Positions 47,932 to 58,806 are shown, counted from the first letter of the stretch. The stretch is 64,000 nucleotides of DNA from Calditrichaceae bacterium (GCA_050173015.1 JBFXLE010000024.1:1-64000), one strand, 5' to 3'. The notes: generated by a model from the sequence alone, not told the origin. Translations and numbers: made by a program.

Positions 47932-49161
47932 TTATCCTTTTCTTTTTTCGAGAGTGATGGTAAAATTCATGTACTTGTTTTCACGCCAGACGGTGACATT
48001 CATCTTATCACCAACTTTCAGATCCATCGAGAGAGTGGCGTCTTCGATATCTGAAAATTTATGGATGTCAGATTCATTAATTCTAACAACAATATCACCC
48101 ACTTTCAAACCCGCTTTATCAGCAGGGCTGCCATTATCAATTCTTGGAATATAGGCGCCATCGGTAGAATTATATCCCAGCTCCGCTGCCAGAAATCTGC
48201 TCAGGTTTGAATAGTACATCCCTGTCCAGTAGGCGCGGTCGATCTTTTGATGCTGCTTTAACTCGGTAAAGACTTCTTTGATCCGTTTGATCGGAATCGC
48301 GAATCCGATACCCACCGAACCGCTGCTGTACTGGTCGCTGGTATAGATGAATGTGTTCATGCCGATCACTTCACCCAGCGCGTTGCATAGCGGTCCACCA
48401 CTGTTGCCGTTATTTATGGAAGCATCTGTCTGAATCATATCCTGATATATCCGGTCTGAATTCACCCGCCCGAAATCCCGGTCCGTGGCACTGATCACTC
48501 CGACTGTCACCGTGGGTTCCCTTTTCAGAAAAAGACCAAACGGATTTCCGAGCGCGATGGCCCATTCGCCGATTATAATCTGATCAGAGTCTCCCATTCT
48601 GATGTACGGGAAGGGCCCGCCATCCAGTTTAAGCAGGGCAATGTCCGATACTCTGTCGCTTCCGATAAATTTCGCGTGATGCTCCTGGCCGTTGCTCATG
48701 GAAATAATAATTTCAGTGGCGTTTTCTACAACGTGCTCATTCGTCAGGATATATCCATCTTCAGAAACAAGAAATCCCGATCCGATCGATTTTACCACAT
48801 CACGGTATTTACGATCCCTGAATATTTCCGGGAAAAACTCTTTAAAAAACGGATCTCCCGCGAAGGGATTTCGCTGAATATACTCACGAATTTTAGTCAC
48901 ATTGACAGAAACGACTGCCGGACTTACCTTTTTTATGGCGCGGGTAACGGCGGTTTCTCGTGAACTATAGAGATTCCTGTCCATCTCTCCGCTCAGATAC
49001 TGAGACTTATCCGCTGAGCCATCCGAAATTGCCGAGGTGGAATCGGTCTTGACTAAATCTCTGTCCTGCCAGCTTGTGTAGCTGTTCCAAAGCACAAATC
49101 CGAATAAAACGCCCGCGGCTATGTAGACCGTAAGTCGTAGTAATTTCATTTCCGCATTCAC
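47932..49161 (-). CDS. HtrA/DegP-family serine protease with PDZ
   Basis: GSGF, TNEHVV, IQTDASINNGNSGGPL, C-terminal PDZ. Confidence 0.94.
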   Translation of the reverse strand: MNAEMKLLRLTVYIAAGVLFGFVLWNSYTSWQDRDLVKTDSTSAISDGSADKSQYLSGEMDRNLYSSRETAVTRAIKKVSPAVVSVNVTKIREYIQRNPFAGDPFFKEFFPEIFRDRKYRDVVKSIGSGFLVSEDGYILTNEHVVENATEIIISMSNGQEHHAKFIGSDRVSDIALLKLDGGPFPYIRMGDSDQIIIGEWAIALGNPFGLFLKREPTVTVGVISATDRDFGRVNSDRIYQDMIQTDASINNGNSGGPLCNALGEVIGMNTFIYTSDQYSSGSVGIGFAIPIKRIKEVFTELKQHQKIDRAYWTGMYYSNLSRFLAAELGYNSTDGAYIPRIDNGSPADKAGLKVGDIVVRINESDIHKFSDIEDATLSMDLKVGDKMNVTVWRENKYMNFTITLEKRKG

Positions 49162-49226
49162 TTATTTATTGTCAAATATGGAGCCCGCGAACAGGCTCCT
49201 TGAATTTCAAATCTTCTGGATTTATT

Positions 49227-49871
49227 TTAACCTTGTACTTTTTTCCAGTCTTCCAGGAATTGTTCGATTCCTTTGTCCGTCAGAGGATGTTTCATTAACT
49301 GTTCGATCACTTTAAACGGTATGGTCGCGATATCAGCGCCCATCATGGCCGCGTCGACTACATGCATAGGATTGCGGATACTGGCTACAATGATTTCAGT
49401 TTCAATGGCATAGTTATTAAAAATCTGAACAATCTGTCCGATCAGATCCATACCGGCATTTGAGATATCGTCAAGCCGTCCGACAAAAGGGCTGATAAAA
49501 TTCGCGCCCGCGCGCGCAGCCAGCAAGGCTTGAATCGGCGTGAATACCAATGTAACATTGGTGGGGATTCCTTCACCGGAAAGCACTTTTACGGCCTTCA
49601 ATCCATCTTTGGTCATTGGAATCTTTACCACAATATTCTCATGCAGTTTTGCCAGTTCCCGTCCTTCTTTTACCATGCCTTCCCAATCCAGAGAAACCAC
49701 CTCCGCGTTTACCGGACCGTTGACAATCTTGCATATTTCCAAAAATATTTCTTTCGGATCACCTTTTTCACGTGAGATGAGTGTCGGATTTGTAGTCACG
49801 CCATCGAGAACACCTATGCTCGCGGCTTCACGTATCTGCTCAATATTGGCAGTATCGATAAAAAACTTCAT
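49227..49871 (-). CDS. Transaldolase / fructose-6-phosphate aldolase family
   Basis: [30 protein letters not shown]. Confidence 0.95.
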   Translation of the reverse strand: MKFFIDTANIEQIREAASIGVLDGVTTNPTLISREKGDPKEIFLEICKIVNGPVNAEVVSLDWEGMVKEGRELAKLHENIVVKIPMTKDGLKAVKVLSGEGIPTNVTLVFTPIQALLAARAGANFISPFVGRLDDISNAGMDLIGQIVQIFNNYAIETEIIVASIRNPMHVVDAAMMGADIATIPFKVIEQLMKHPLTDKGIEQFLEDWKKVQG

Positions 49872-49903
49872 TATGATATCTCCTTAAAATTAAATCGTAT
49901 CAA

Positions 49904-50629
49904 TTAATATTTTATATTTTCTAAAAACAGACCATGAGCCGGAGCCGTATAAGGCACCGTTTCCCGGTCGCCTGATTTTATTATTTCATAAAAATCCATC
50001 AGTGTAATTCTACCTCTGCCCAGCTCAATGAGTGTTCCGGTGATGGCCCTGACCATACCGTGTAAAAAACGGTTGGCGGCAATTTCGTACACTAAAAGCT
50101 CTTCCTTAAACACCCATTCACTTTTATGAATCTCGCAGCGATGATGCTTCACTTCACTTTTGACCTTGCAAAAAGAGCGAAACTCTTTCGTGTCACGTAT
50201 AATCCCCGCGCCAATCTGCATCAACATCAAATTAAGTTTGCTATGAACAGTCCATGAATATCTTCTGTTTATGGCCGAAGGGTTCAGGGAAACATAATAA
50301 CGATATAGGCGGGAAGTGGCGTCGTATCTTGCATGAAAATCGGTTTCGCATTCATCGATTTCTTTTATAACGATATCTTTGTCCAGTATTCCGTTCAGGG
50401 AGCGCTTTACCCCTGACAAATCACGTTCGGGGATATCTGCATGAGCAACCTGATTTCGCGCATGTACTCCGCTGTCCGTCCGGCCCGCGCCGGTTATCCG
50501 GATTTTTTCCCTGAATATTATAGATAAGGCCTTCTCTATTTCTTCCTGGATTGACCGTTGGTTATTCTGATATTGCCAGCCAAAATAGTCGGAACCATCA
50601 TATTCGATTGTGAGCTTTATTCTGGGCAT
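49904..50629 (-). CDS. truA: tRNA pseudouridine(38-40) synthase
   Basis: EYDGSDYFGWQ, GAGRTDSGVHA, FLHGMVR. Confidence 0.96.
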   Translation of the reverse strand: MPRIKLTIEYDGSDYFGWQYQNNQRSIQEEIEKALSIIFREKIRITGAGRTDSGVHARNQVAHADIPERDLSGVKRSLNGILDKDIVIKEIDECETDFHARYDATSRLYRYYVSLNPSAINRRYSWTVHSKLNLMLMQIGAGIIRDTKEFRSFCKVKSEVKHHRCEIHKSEWVFKEELLVYEIAANRFLHGMVRAITGTLIELGRGRITLMDFYEIIKSGDRETVPYTAPAHGLFLENIKY

Positions 50630-50743
50630 TCACCTTACTTTTTGGATTTCATAAAGTATTAAATATAAGTTATTTTCCATATCAATTCAAGTAAGCCGCC
50701 GGTCGCTCCAAACTCATTTTTTTGATCATCTCATTATTTGATT

Positions 50744-50774
50744 AAAAAAAAGGCCGCGGTATATTTTCGCGGCC
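50744..50774 (-). terminator. Intrinsic terminator after the ccm operon
   Basis: A-tract + GGCCGCG...CGCGGCC. Confidence 0.7.
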
Positions 50775-50811
50775 CGGTATCTAAAAATCTATGAGATTAA
50801 ACCAGTAATTC

Positions 50812-53034
50812 TTATAATTTTTTCCTGTTCGTCCTAAAATAAATGGAAGTGATAAACCCGGAAATCATAATCACCGTCCCAAGCCATAAGAGGTTTATAA
50901 GCGGTTTGATTGAAACCTCGACCGCGAGTATTTCTTTACCGTTCGCCGCGTTGGCGGATCCTTTTTGCCTTGCCACGCCCAGCAAAAGAGATTTACTCTC
51001 GACATTAATACTCTTTATAAACACGGAGCGGTCCGTGCCCGGAAGTGTTGCCGGATATATTTCCTTCTCATCTCCACGCATACCGATCGCCGGTTTAATA
51101 ATTTCCTTCAGACCTTCCTTGCCGTTTCCGGTTTCGATTACCGCGGCGATTTTCATGTCGGAACTTGCCATTTCGTGCGAGTTCATATCATATCCGGTAA
51201 AGACAAACGTATAATCACCGTAAACCAGCGGTTCATTCTTTTTTAACTCAAGATCATCCGTTTGCGGGATGGTCTGATCGGCAGGTATAATCTGAATCGG
51301 CGAAATATACAAGTCCTTAAAAATCATGTTCTGTACCGAGGGCGCGACCATATACGCCTGGCTGTACTCACTCCAGTAAAATTTCGCGAAGGTTTCTTTT
51401 GAGTCATTAATAGTGATAAGCACCTTATCCTTGCCGTCCGGAGACGCCAGTTTGCCGCCGTATTTCAAATCGTATCCCATCACATTGCGGTTCGTATCCA
51501 TCGGAAGCGTCACCTTGACCGATGAATCATATACAGACGAGGTGATGATACCGATTAACATCAACCCGATTCCGACATGAGTGAGATACCCTCCGAAAGC
51601 ATAGGTCTTGGCTTTGATCATTCTGTAAACAATCTCACCGTTTATTAAAATAACAAATACGGCAAGAATGGCGATAATCAACGGCACGATATCTCTTATC
51701 CCGAGCGCGAACATGACCGCGCCAAACAAAAGACTGACAACGCCCTGGATAATAACACTTTTTATCTTTTGCGCGCTCTCCCTTTTCCAGCTTAACAAGG
51801 GGGCCAGAGAAATCAGTAACGCGATCAGAATAGCGATCGGACCTGCAAGGGTGTTATAATACTCTATCGAAACATTGGAAGCCGTTCCAAACATCCCTGT
51901 AATTAATGGCGAAGAAGTGCCAAAAAAAGTGAAAGTCGCCAGAACCAACAAGGTTAAAATTCCGAACAACATAAAACTTTCCCTCGTAAAGAAAGCCGTC
52001 TGTACCTTCTCACTTTTAACTTCCTGTACCCTGAACATAAATGTCAGCGCGGCAAGACCGGTAAAAAACACTACAAATCCGATGAGATAAGTCGATAATT
52101 CAGAAGCGCCAAATGAATGGACGGAAAAATCGGTCAACACGCCGCTTCGGGTGAGGAAACTTCCATAGAGCACCAGCACAAAAGTCAGCAGAGCCAGAAA
52201 AATATTCGTTTTCTTCATTCCTCCCTGCTTTTTTTGAATCATGAAACCGTGAATCAACGCCAAAGATGTCAGCCAGGGGATCAGAGAACTGTTCTCCACC
52301 GGGTCCCATCCCCAGTATCCGCCCCAACCGAGCGTTGTGTATGCCCAGTATCCGCCAAGAATGATTCCGGTTCCGAGAGATAATCCCACAAATAGAGCAA
52401 ACGGAAACGCGCTTTTTATCCAGTCATTGTAATTCCTGCGAATCAATGCCGCCATGGCAAAAGCAAAAATGATCATCGTCGAAGAATAGCCGGAAAAGAG
52501 GATCGGCGGGTGGATGGTCATCCATGGATCCTGGAGTAGCGGATTAAGACCATTCCCGTCGAATGGCGCTATACCGGCCTGAAAACCTGACGGGTTAATC
52601 TCCCATACATAAGTGAACGGATTTTTCTTGATCAAAATCATAACGATAAACGCCTGAACAAGATTCATAAAACTCATGACAAGAGGCTCATCCTCTTTTC
52701 TTGAACGAATGATGATCAGCCCGTAAACCGAACCCAAGAGAAGCCATAAAAGGAATGTGCCCTCCTGACCCGCCCAAAAAGTTGAGATAAGATAATAAAG
52801 CGTCAGATCTCTTGATGAATAGCTGAATACATACATCCATTCAAATTTATGATTTATGATGCCCCACATGAGCATTGATGATTGAAGCACAATAAGAGCG
52901 GTCGCGGTGTAAAATCCAAGACGGGCTATCTTCAGAAGCGCGTCTTCTCCGCGTTTATGATATAAATAGTAAGAGGCGATGCTTATGATCAGGGCGACAA
53001 AAGTTAATGAAGTTGCCGTAATTCCTATTATCAT
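50812..53034 (-). CDS. ccmF: Cytochrome c maturation heme lyase CcmF
   Basis: WAGQEGT, GLNPLLQ..IHPP, WGGYWGWDPVEN, LTRSGVL..VHSF; ATG overlaps the ccmE TGA. Confidence 0.95.
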   Translation of the reverse strand: MIIGITATSLTFVALIISIASYYLYHKRGEDALLKIARLGFYTATALIVLQSSMLMWGIINHKFEWMYVFSYSSRDLTLYYLISTFWAGQEGTFLLWLLLGSVYGLIIIRSRKEDEPLVMSFMNLVQAFIVMILIKKNPFTYVWEINPSGFQAGIAPFDGNGLNPLLQDPWMTIHPPILFSGYSSTMIIFAFAMAALIRRNYNDWIKSAFPFALFVGLSLGTGIILGGYWAYTTLGWGGYWGWDPVENSSLIPWLTSLALIHGFMIQKKQGGMKKTNIFLALLTFVLVLYGSFLTRSGVLTDFSVHSFGASELSTYLIGFVVFFTGLAALTFMFRVQEVKSEKVQTAFFTRESFMLFGILTLLVLATFTFFGTSSPLITGMFGTASNVSIEYYNTLAGPIAILIALLISLAPLLSWKRESAQKIKSVIIQGVVSLLFGAVMFALGIRDIVPLIIAILAVFVILINGEIVYRMIKAKTYAFGGYLTHVGIGLMLIGIITSSVYDSSVKVTLPMDTNRNVMGYDLKYGGKLASPDGKDKVLITINDSKETFAKFYWSEYSQAYMVAPSVQNMIFKDLYISPIQIIPADQTIPQTDDLELKKNEPLVYGDYTFVFTGYDMNSHEMASSDMKIAAVIETGNGKEGLKEIIKPAIGMRGDEKEIYPATLPGTDRSVFIKSINVESKSLLLGVARQKGSANAANGKEILAVEVSIKPLINLLWLGTVIMISGFITSIYFRTNRKKL

Positions 53035-53402
53035 ATTTTTGTTCCTTCTTCCTGGTATTTTGACGGACATTTGACTAGAATTTCTTTCGCGTGAAAATTC
53101 CCCTCTTTATACTGTCCGACGCATACCACTTCGGTGGCCTGGTCAAAATTTCCCGGTTTCGCTCCGTCATATACCACATCCACCAACAAACCTTTGTCAT
53201 CCTTCAACTTAAATACAAAAAGATTCTTATCTAAATCGAAATTTCCGTTATCGACACGGGTCCCTTTCACCTGCACCACACTGCCTGATTTTACAGCATC
53301 TTCGATGGATACATAGGGGGTCAGCGTGGAATTAAATGAAATACCCGCCCAAACAGTGAAACCAATGATAATTAAACCACCGATTATATATTTTAAACGC
53401 AT
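53031..53402 (-). CDS. ccmE: Heme chaperone CcmE, CxxxY type
   Basis: N-terminal TM, V.Y.G.KP, 'LVKCPSKY'. Confidence 0.93.
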   Translation of the reverse strand: MRLKYIIGGLIIIGFTVWAGISFNSTLTPYVSIEDAVKSGSVVQVKGTRVDNGNFDLDKNLFVFKLKDDKGLLVDVVYDGAKPGNFDQATEVVCVGQYKEGNFHAKEILVKCPSKYQEEGTKI

Positions 53403-53525
53403 AAAACGTCTCCTTTCGATTATTTAATACTGTATCAACCGCATACAACCCGCAGTTTATACAAACAAAAAACAGAATTGAATGATTTCATCTATATCAA
53501 ATAGTTTCATCCATCAGGACTTTAC

Positions 53526-53654
53526 TCACTCTCCTGATACTTCATTTGCCCGCTTTTTTAACTTCTTTACCTGACCATTCAGATAAAATACATATCCGAA
53601 AACCCCCGTCCATACAATCATATTTATAATGAGCACCACATAAATCGGTTCCAT
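53526..53654 (-). CDS. ccmD: CcmD-family small membrane protein (absent from the ORF track)
   Basis: Read by hand: MEPIYVVLIINMIVWTGVFGYVFYLNGQVKKLKKRANEVSGE (42 aa), RBS GGAG, directly after the ccmC stop. Confidence 0.8.
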   Translation of the reverse strand: MEPIYVVLIINMIVWTGVFGYVFYLNGQVKKLKKRANEVSGE

Positions 53655-54353
53655 TTATATCTCCACTTTGTTTAATTTCAGTTTTACCATAATTAAATCA
53701 AATTTGAGTTTTAAAATCCAAAAGAATAAGACGGTGAATCCGGACAGGGACGACAGAAAAACAGTCAGCATTTTTCCGTCCATGTGGATTTTTCCTTCCT
53801 GGTTAATAAGCGGATCCGGATGCAGAGATGAATAAATCCGCGGAACAATAAAAATGAAGAACGGTACCGTTACAAACGCCAGCAGAGAGTAAACCGCGGA
53901 TAAAGCCGCCTTACGGTCAGGTTGTTCTATCGCCGATCTCAGCGCGAAATACGCGGCATAAATCAAGAGCAAAATAAAAATAGATGTTTCACGCGGATCC
54001 CAGTTCCAGAATGAACCCCAGCTTGCCTTCGCCCAGATCGAACCTGTCACTGTTGCCAGCACACCAAAAAGAAGCCCCATTTCATTGGCCCCTTCGGCAA
54101 ACATGTCATATTTTATATCACGTTTTTTAAGATAGAGAATGCTAAAAAAAGCAGCGACAAAAAACGCGATAACGGTTATCCATGCTGTCGGCACATGAAA
54201 ATATAATACCCGTGTGTATTCGCCAAGACCTTTGGCAATTGGAGCGTAAAGAAACGCGCCCAGAATGACGAGCGTAATCCAGGCAAATAATATAAGCTTC
54301 CAGCCAATTTGCAGTACAGTTTTACCCGGAGAATCTTTTTTTTCTGATACCAT
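53655..54353 (-). CDS. ccmC: Heme delivery protein CcmC
   Basis: YFHVP, WGSFWNWDPRET (WWD), SLHP. Confidence 0.95.
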   Translation of the reverse strand: MVSEKKDSPGKTVLQIGWKLILFAWITLVILGAFLYAPIAKGLGEYTRVLYFHVPTAWITVIAFFVAAFFSILYLKKRDIKYDMFAEGANEMGLLFGVLATVTGSIWAKASWGSFWNWDPRETSIFILLLIYAAYFALRSAIEQPDRKAALSAVYSLLAFVTVPFFIFIVPRIYSSLHPDPLINQEGKIHMDGKMLTVFLSSLSGFTVLFFWILKLKFDLIMVKLKLNKVEI

Positions 54354-54472
54354 ATTAGTCTTCCCTGGTTAATTCTTGATCTTGTTTTAATCTCCTGAAT
54401 GTCTATCTGATTTTAATACCAAGAAGAACTTCAATATTCTCAATTTCATTCCTCTTAAATTCTTTTTATCTA

Positions 54473-55132
54473 TCATTCGTTCCAGACAAATTCAAAAAGC
54501 AGAACCGATGCTGTCAGAACCACCACGCCATAAGCAAATAATGCCTGGAGTTCACTGGAAGCTGCCCAGAAATTAGTCTCAGACGCGGCGATTTTTGTGG
54601 CGCTGATCCCGCTGACTATCACAGGTAACAATATAGGAAATGCCAATACCGTAAACAACGCTCCTTTCGCGCTTGCTTTCGATATAATCGCGGCAACCAT
54701 GGTACCGCCTGAAGCAAGACCAAAGCTTCCCAACATCAACACGGTAAAAAAAAGTAAAAAATTCTGAATCTGCAAATCCATTACAGCGAGAAAAAGGGGG
54801 ATAATGATGATTTCCAGCGCGAACAGGAGGATTAAATTGAAGAAAAATTTGCCAAAAAAAACACTGGAGGCGGTCGCGACAAGCTTCAGTGTATCCGCGG
54901 TATGGGTTTCTTCCTCTCTTACAAAAATGTGGGATAAACCCGACATGGATGAAAAGAAAAGAATAATCCACAGAAGAGCCGCCATAATCTCCTGCCCCGC
55001 GGAATAGGTACCGATAGAAAATGAAACCGCTGTCAGAGTCACGACGGCGAAAAGCAGAATCGCGTTTATCGCGTAGCGGGTTTTAAATTCCTGCCGGACA
55101 TCTTTTAAAAATATATACCAGGCTTTACGCAT
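54473..55132 (-). CDS. ccmB: Heme exporter permease CcmB
   Basis: KDVRQEFKTR, FVREEE, LAFPILLP; six TM helices; position in the operon. Confidence 0.9.
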   Translation of the reverse strand: MRKAWYIFLKDVRQEFKTRYAINAILLFAVVTLTAVSFSIGTYSAGQEIMAALLWIILFFSSMSGLSHIFVREEETHTADTLKLVATASSVFFGKFFFNLILLFALEIIIIPLFLAVMDLQIQNFLLFFTVLMLGSFGLASGGTMVAAIISKASAKGALFTVLAFPILLPVIVSGISATKIAASETNFWAASSELQALFAYGVVVLTASVLLFEFVWNE

Positions 55133-55739
55133 GAATCGGAACCGTCCAATCTGCAAAATCCAGGTCATCGGGATCGTTGGTGGCGATAATCAGTATTTTT
55201 TCCTTCTTTTGATCACGCATAATATCATAAATTGTATTGATTCCCTGCTCATCAAGATTGGATCTGGGTTCGTCCACGAAGAGCACTTCGGGATCATCCA
55301 ACAGCGCGAACACATATTTTAACCGCTGTTTCATGCCTGATGAATAGGTTTTCACATCGTCCTCTTCACGACCGGCAAGATTTAATTTTTTCATTAATCC
55401 GGCGATCTTTTCAGAGCTGTTTTTCACACCTCTCATTTTCGCGAAAAATTCGAGATTTTCCCGCGCGGTCAAATCCTGATATAGTTCCAGATAAGGTCCC
55501 ACCAGCCCAATGTGCTGAAAGATTTTTTCCCGTTCTATGGGCTTACCGTTTTTTTTGTAGGTCACGGTTCCGTGGGTTGGCTGTATTAGATTGGAAAGCA
55601 CTCTCATTAAAGTAGTCTTACCCGAGCCGTTGGGCCCGACGATCGCCATACTCTCTCCGCTGGAGATAGAGAAATTAATTTTTTTGAGAATTCGCTTTTC
55701 TCCGAAATATTTAGTGATGTCGCCGGCAATTATTTCCAT
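55125..55739 (-). CDS. ccmA: Heme exporter ATPase CcmA
   Basis: GPNGSGKTT, YSSGMKQR, FVDEP; first gene of the ccm operon. Confidence 0.88.
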   Translation of the reverse strand: MEIIAGDITKYFGEKRILKKINFSISSGESMAIVGPNGSGKTTLMRVLSNLIQPTHGTVTYKKNGKPIEREKIFQHIGLVGPYLELYQDLTARENLEFFAKMRGVKNSSEKIAGLMKKLNLAGREEDDVKTYSSGMKQRLKYVFALLDDPEVLFVDEPRSNLDEQGINTIYDIMRDQKKEKILIIATNDPDDLDFADWTVPIHA

Positions 55740-55886
55740 AGCAAAACGCCCTTATCCCGGATTGAGTCTCAGTGTCTGGTTCCAAAAACACTCTCAATTA
55801 AAATACATACATTTTATAATAAATGTTGAACTTATAAAATTTACAATTACCGGGCAAGTAAGAATGTCATTTTTGTAGATGTGGTG

Positions 55887-55920
55887 AAAAAAAAAGACCG
55901 TCCGGGCACGAACGGTCTTT
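55887..55920 (-). terminator. Intrinsic terminator
   Basis: A-tract + AGACCGT...ACGGTCTTT. Confidence 0.85.
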
Positions 55921-55938
55921 AATTATCTTTAATTCTGA

Positions 55939-58539
55939 TTAGAGAGTCACACCAAGATTTAACATCACGTTACGTTCGGGACCATATAGAAGTCCATATT
56001 CATCACCGGTCTGATAGTATTCTTCATCCAGCAGATTGTTAATATGAAGTGAAGCGTTCATATCAAATCCGGAAACTTTTTGTCTCCAGCCGAAAATCAG
56101 ATCTATAACCGTCCATGAGGGCAGCGTTGATCCTTCATCGGTCGCCACATCATTAGCCAAATCATACTCAAAAGCCACCGGTGAATTATCAGAGAGGAGA
56201 TAGTAATCCTCGTTATACCGCACCGAAGCGGAAGCATAGAAAGGTCCGCGCACATAATTCAGGACACCTGCCAGCATAAACTGCGGTGTGCCCGGCTCTA
56301 CTTTGCCTTCTTCTATACCAAGCTGATCCTGCGCTTCCTGTGTGATATTATCACCCCATTCATTGGCCATTTTGGTGAGAGAAAATCCTAAATCAAGCCC
56401 TTTCACAAAATACGGTCTGTAGTTTAAGGCCACTTCAATGCCTCGATACTGCGCGTCACCTACGATCACGTAACGACGGCCTTTGTAATCGTATCCCGGT
56501 GTATTTGCTTTACTTGGATCGGTAATTTGATATGATTTATTTGAAAAATCGATCTGATAGAGATTCACCTTCACATCCAGATCGGACTGAGCATATCCAA
56601 AACCAATTTCATAATCGTTCGATTCTTCCAAAGGCAGCCCTTCAACCGGCTGTCCATAATTGTAGAAATATTTTACCCGCGGTTCGTTGTAAACGAGCGA
56701 ATAGTTGGCGAAAACGTTAAAATGATCATTAATATTATAATTGACGCCCAGTTTTGGTGAAATAAAATTATAAAACGTTTTAAAGTCAACCAGTGTATAT
56801 GTGGTATCGCCCAGCGCGTAACTGCCGTTTGGATCAGGACGATTATTATTGGAAGGCATATCTTCAACGATATCATACTGACGCGAAGACAATTGCACAT
56901 CGGTCATAATGGAAAGTTTGTCAAACTTCCAAAGAGCATGACCAAAAGCAGAAATATTTGGTTTCTCGGTAGTATAGTCGTAATAATCGTCGCCTTCACT
57001 GAAATCTACACGCTCACCACCGACATAATAACCAATGCTTTCCTGTCCAAATGTATTTATAATCGAGCCATAATGGCGGCCTCTCCAATAACGCCCTTCA
57101 ACACCAAAACGAATATCATGCTGATTCCATTTTGTATTGAAAGTGGAGACTATGCCCGCCTGCTCGTGGATGGAATAATTGCGATACTGATACTGATTAC
57201 TCTCATCGATGGTCGCCATGGACATAAAACCGTTATCGTCACGGCCGACTCTATATGAGCTGTTGACATTTTCACCATATCCGCGTCCGACGCTGAAGAA
57301 CGCGGTGGTCTGCAAATACGTGTTTTTTTCTAAATCCCATACATGATGCAGTTCAAGCTGAGGTTTATGATATACGTTATTATCAAAGGAAACATTACCG
57401 TTTCCGATCACTTCACCGCCCTGATTCGCATCTTCCGTATTCATGAACATTACATCAAATAAATCTGTTCCGTCTTTTTCTTTTCCGGTCAATCCCGGAT
57501 CGTTTTCTTTCACGTATGCGTTTGAATTAAATTCGGTGCCGTATTGCGCGTAACTTTTAGCGGAATTTGAAAAATAAGAATACGCGTGCACCTGCGGCGC
57601 CCCGTGAAGAACAAGTCTCAAAGTATGTTTATCATTCGGAAAATAGGAAGCGCCAAAATAATAGGACATCCCCTGGTAATATGTATCGTCTCTCCATCCG
57701 TTTCCTTCCATATAATTCATACGCGCGATAAACGACATATTATTTTCCCGCAGTCCTGAATTATAATCCACACCAAATTTATACGTGTCGTACATACCTA
57801 TTGTTGAGATAAAACTCAGACTGGGGAGCGCCGGAGCATCCGCCGTCTGAACATTAATCGATCCACCGAATGTTCCCGCGCCATACAGGGACGATCCCGC
57901 GCCACGCTGAATCTGGATGGACTGCGAACCGCCGGGTAGCGAGCCCCAGTTTGACCAGTACACTTTTTTTGATTCGGGATCATTGACTTCGATATTGTTG
58001 ATCATGACACTGATGCGTTGTTCATCGAACCCGCGAATACTGACTTTGGAATCACCCATGCCCGATCCGCCGTCGGTCGATACATAGACTCCCGGCGTGT
58101 TTTTAAACATATGCGGAATATCCTGAACAGTAAATTGTCGCTGAATATCTTCCGCGCTGACATTTGTAAACGCGACCGGTGTTTCACGCTCTTTTGCCCT
58201 GTTGGCTTCAACCACAATGTCACTCGTTTTCATAATATTTAGTTTTAATTTAAAATCTACAACCGTGTTTCCTTCACCTGAAACGGTGATTTCTTTTTTC
58301 ATTTCCCTATAACCTACATAGGCGCAATAGATAACGTAAGCGCCTTCTTCCGTATCAATGGCATACATACCGTTTTCATCGGTAGCGGCTCCAAGCGATG
58401 TACCCTTGATGTAAACATTGGCTCCCGCAAGCGGTTCACCTGATTCACTGTCACTCACATTGCCGCTGATCGTAGCGGCAGACAAAGCGCTTGTTAGCAT
58501 GAATGAGAATAGGAACACTAGTTTTAGTAGTTTTTTCAC
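55939..58539 (-). CDS. TonB-dependent receptor with N-terminal carboxypeptidase-regulatory-like domain
   Basis: Signal peptide; GEPLAGANV..G; plug 'SIRGF..IQIQRGAGSSLYG..GGSIN'; 'INNLLDEEY..PERN'; RBS AGGAGG with GTG start. Confidence 0.93.
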   Translation of the reverse strand: MKKLLKLVFLFSFMLTSALSAATISGNVSDSESGEPLAGANVYIKGTSLGAATDENGMYAIDTEEGAYVIYCAYVGYREMKKEITVSGEGNTVVDFKLKLNIMKTSDIVVEANRAKERETPVAFTNVSAEDIQRQFTVQDIPHMFKNTPGVYVSTDGGSGMGDSKVSIRGFDEQRISVMINNIEVNDPESKKVYWSNWGSLPGGSQSIQIQRGAGSSLYGAGTFGGSINVQTADAPALPSLSFISTIGMYDTYKFGVDYNSGLRENNMSFIARMNYMEGNGWRDDTYYQGMSYYFGASYFPNDKHTLRLVLHGAPQVHAYSYFSNSAKSYAQYGTEFNSNAYVKENDPGLTGKEKDGTDLFDVMFMNTEDANQGGEVIGNGNVSFDNNVYHKPQLELHHVWDLEKNTYLQTTAFFSVGRGYGENVNSSYRVGRDDNGFMSMATIDESNQYQYRNYSIHEQAGIVSTFNTKWNQHDIRFGVEGRYWRGRHYGSIINTFGQESIGYYVGGERVDFSEGDDYYDYTTEKPNISAFGHALWKFDKLSIMTDVQLSSRQYDIVEDMPSNNNRPDPNGSYALGDTTYTLVDFKTFYNFISPKLGVNYNINDHFNVFANYSLVYNEPRVKYFYNYGQPVEGLPLEESNDYEIGFGYAQSDLDVKVNLYQIDFSNKSYQITDPSKANTPGYDYKGRRYVIVGDAQYRGIEVALNYRPYFVKGLDLGFSLTKMANEWGDNITQEAQDQLGIEEGKVEPGTPQFMLAGVLNYVRGPFYASASVRYNEDYYLLSDNSPVAFEYDLANDVATDEGSTLPSWTVIDLIFGWRQKVSGFDMNASLHINNLLDEEYYQTGDEYGLLYGPERNVMLNLGVTL

Positions 58540-58746
58540 ACGATCCTCCTGTTAATTATGAATGTGGGTTTAGTAAATGGGTTTTTCAGCAAAAAAAAAA
58601 ATTGAGCGAGGTCCTCCTACGTTTAAAGTTAGATGATCCCCCGCCTATGATATTTTTGAAGGTGACGCAAAGAGATTTATTTCCGCTTCCGAAGTTGAAA
58701 GCAAAGACAAATGTAAAGCTGACTTAAGTCAGATTATAATATGAAA

Positions 58747-58779
58747 TATATCATTATTGAGATAAATGTCAACATTTAT
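58747..58779 (-). promoter_or_regulatory. Sigma70-like promoter with an inverted-repeat operator over the -35
   Basis: Minus strand TTGACA-N16-TATATT; ATAAATGT-ca-ACATTTAT palindrome at 58762-58779. Confidence 0.55.
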
Positions 58780-58806
58780 TTGAAAAAATTTTCGCCCTCT
58801 AAATAT

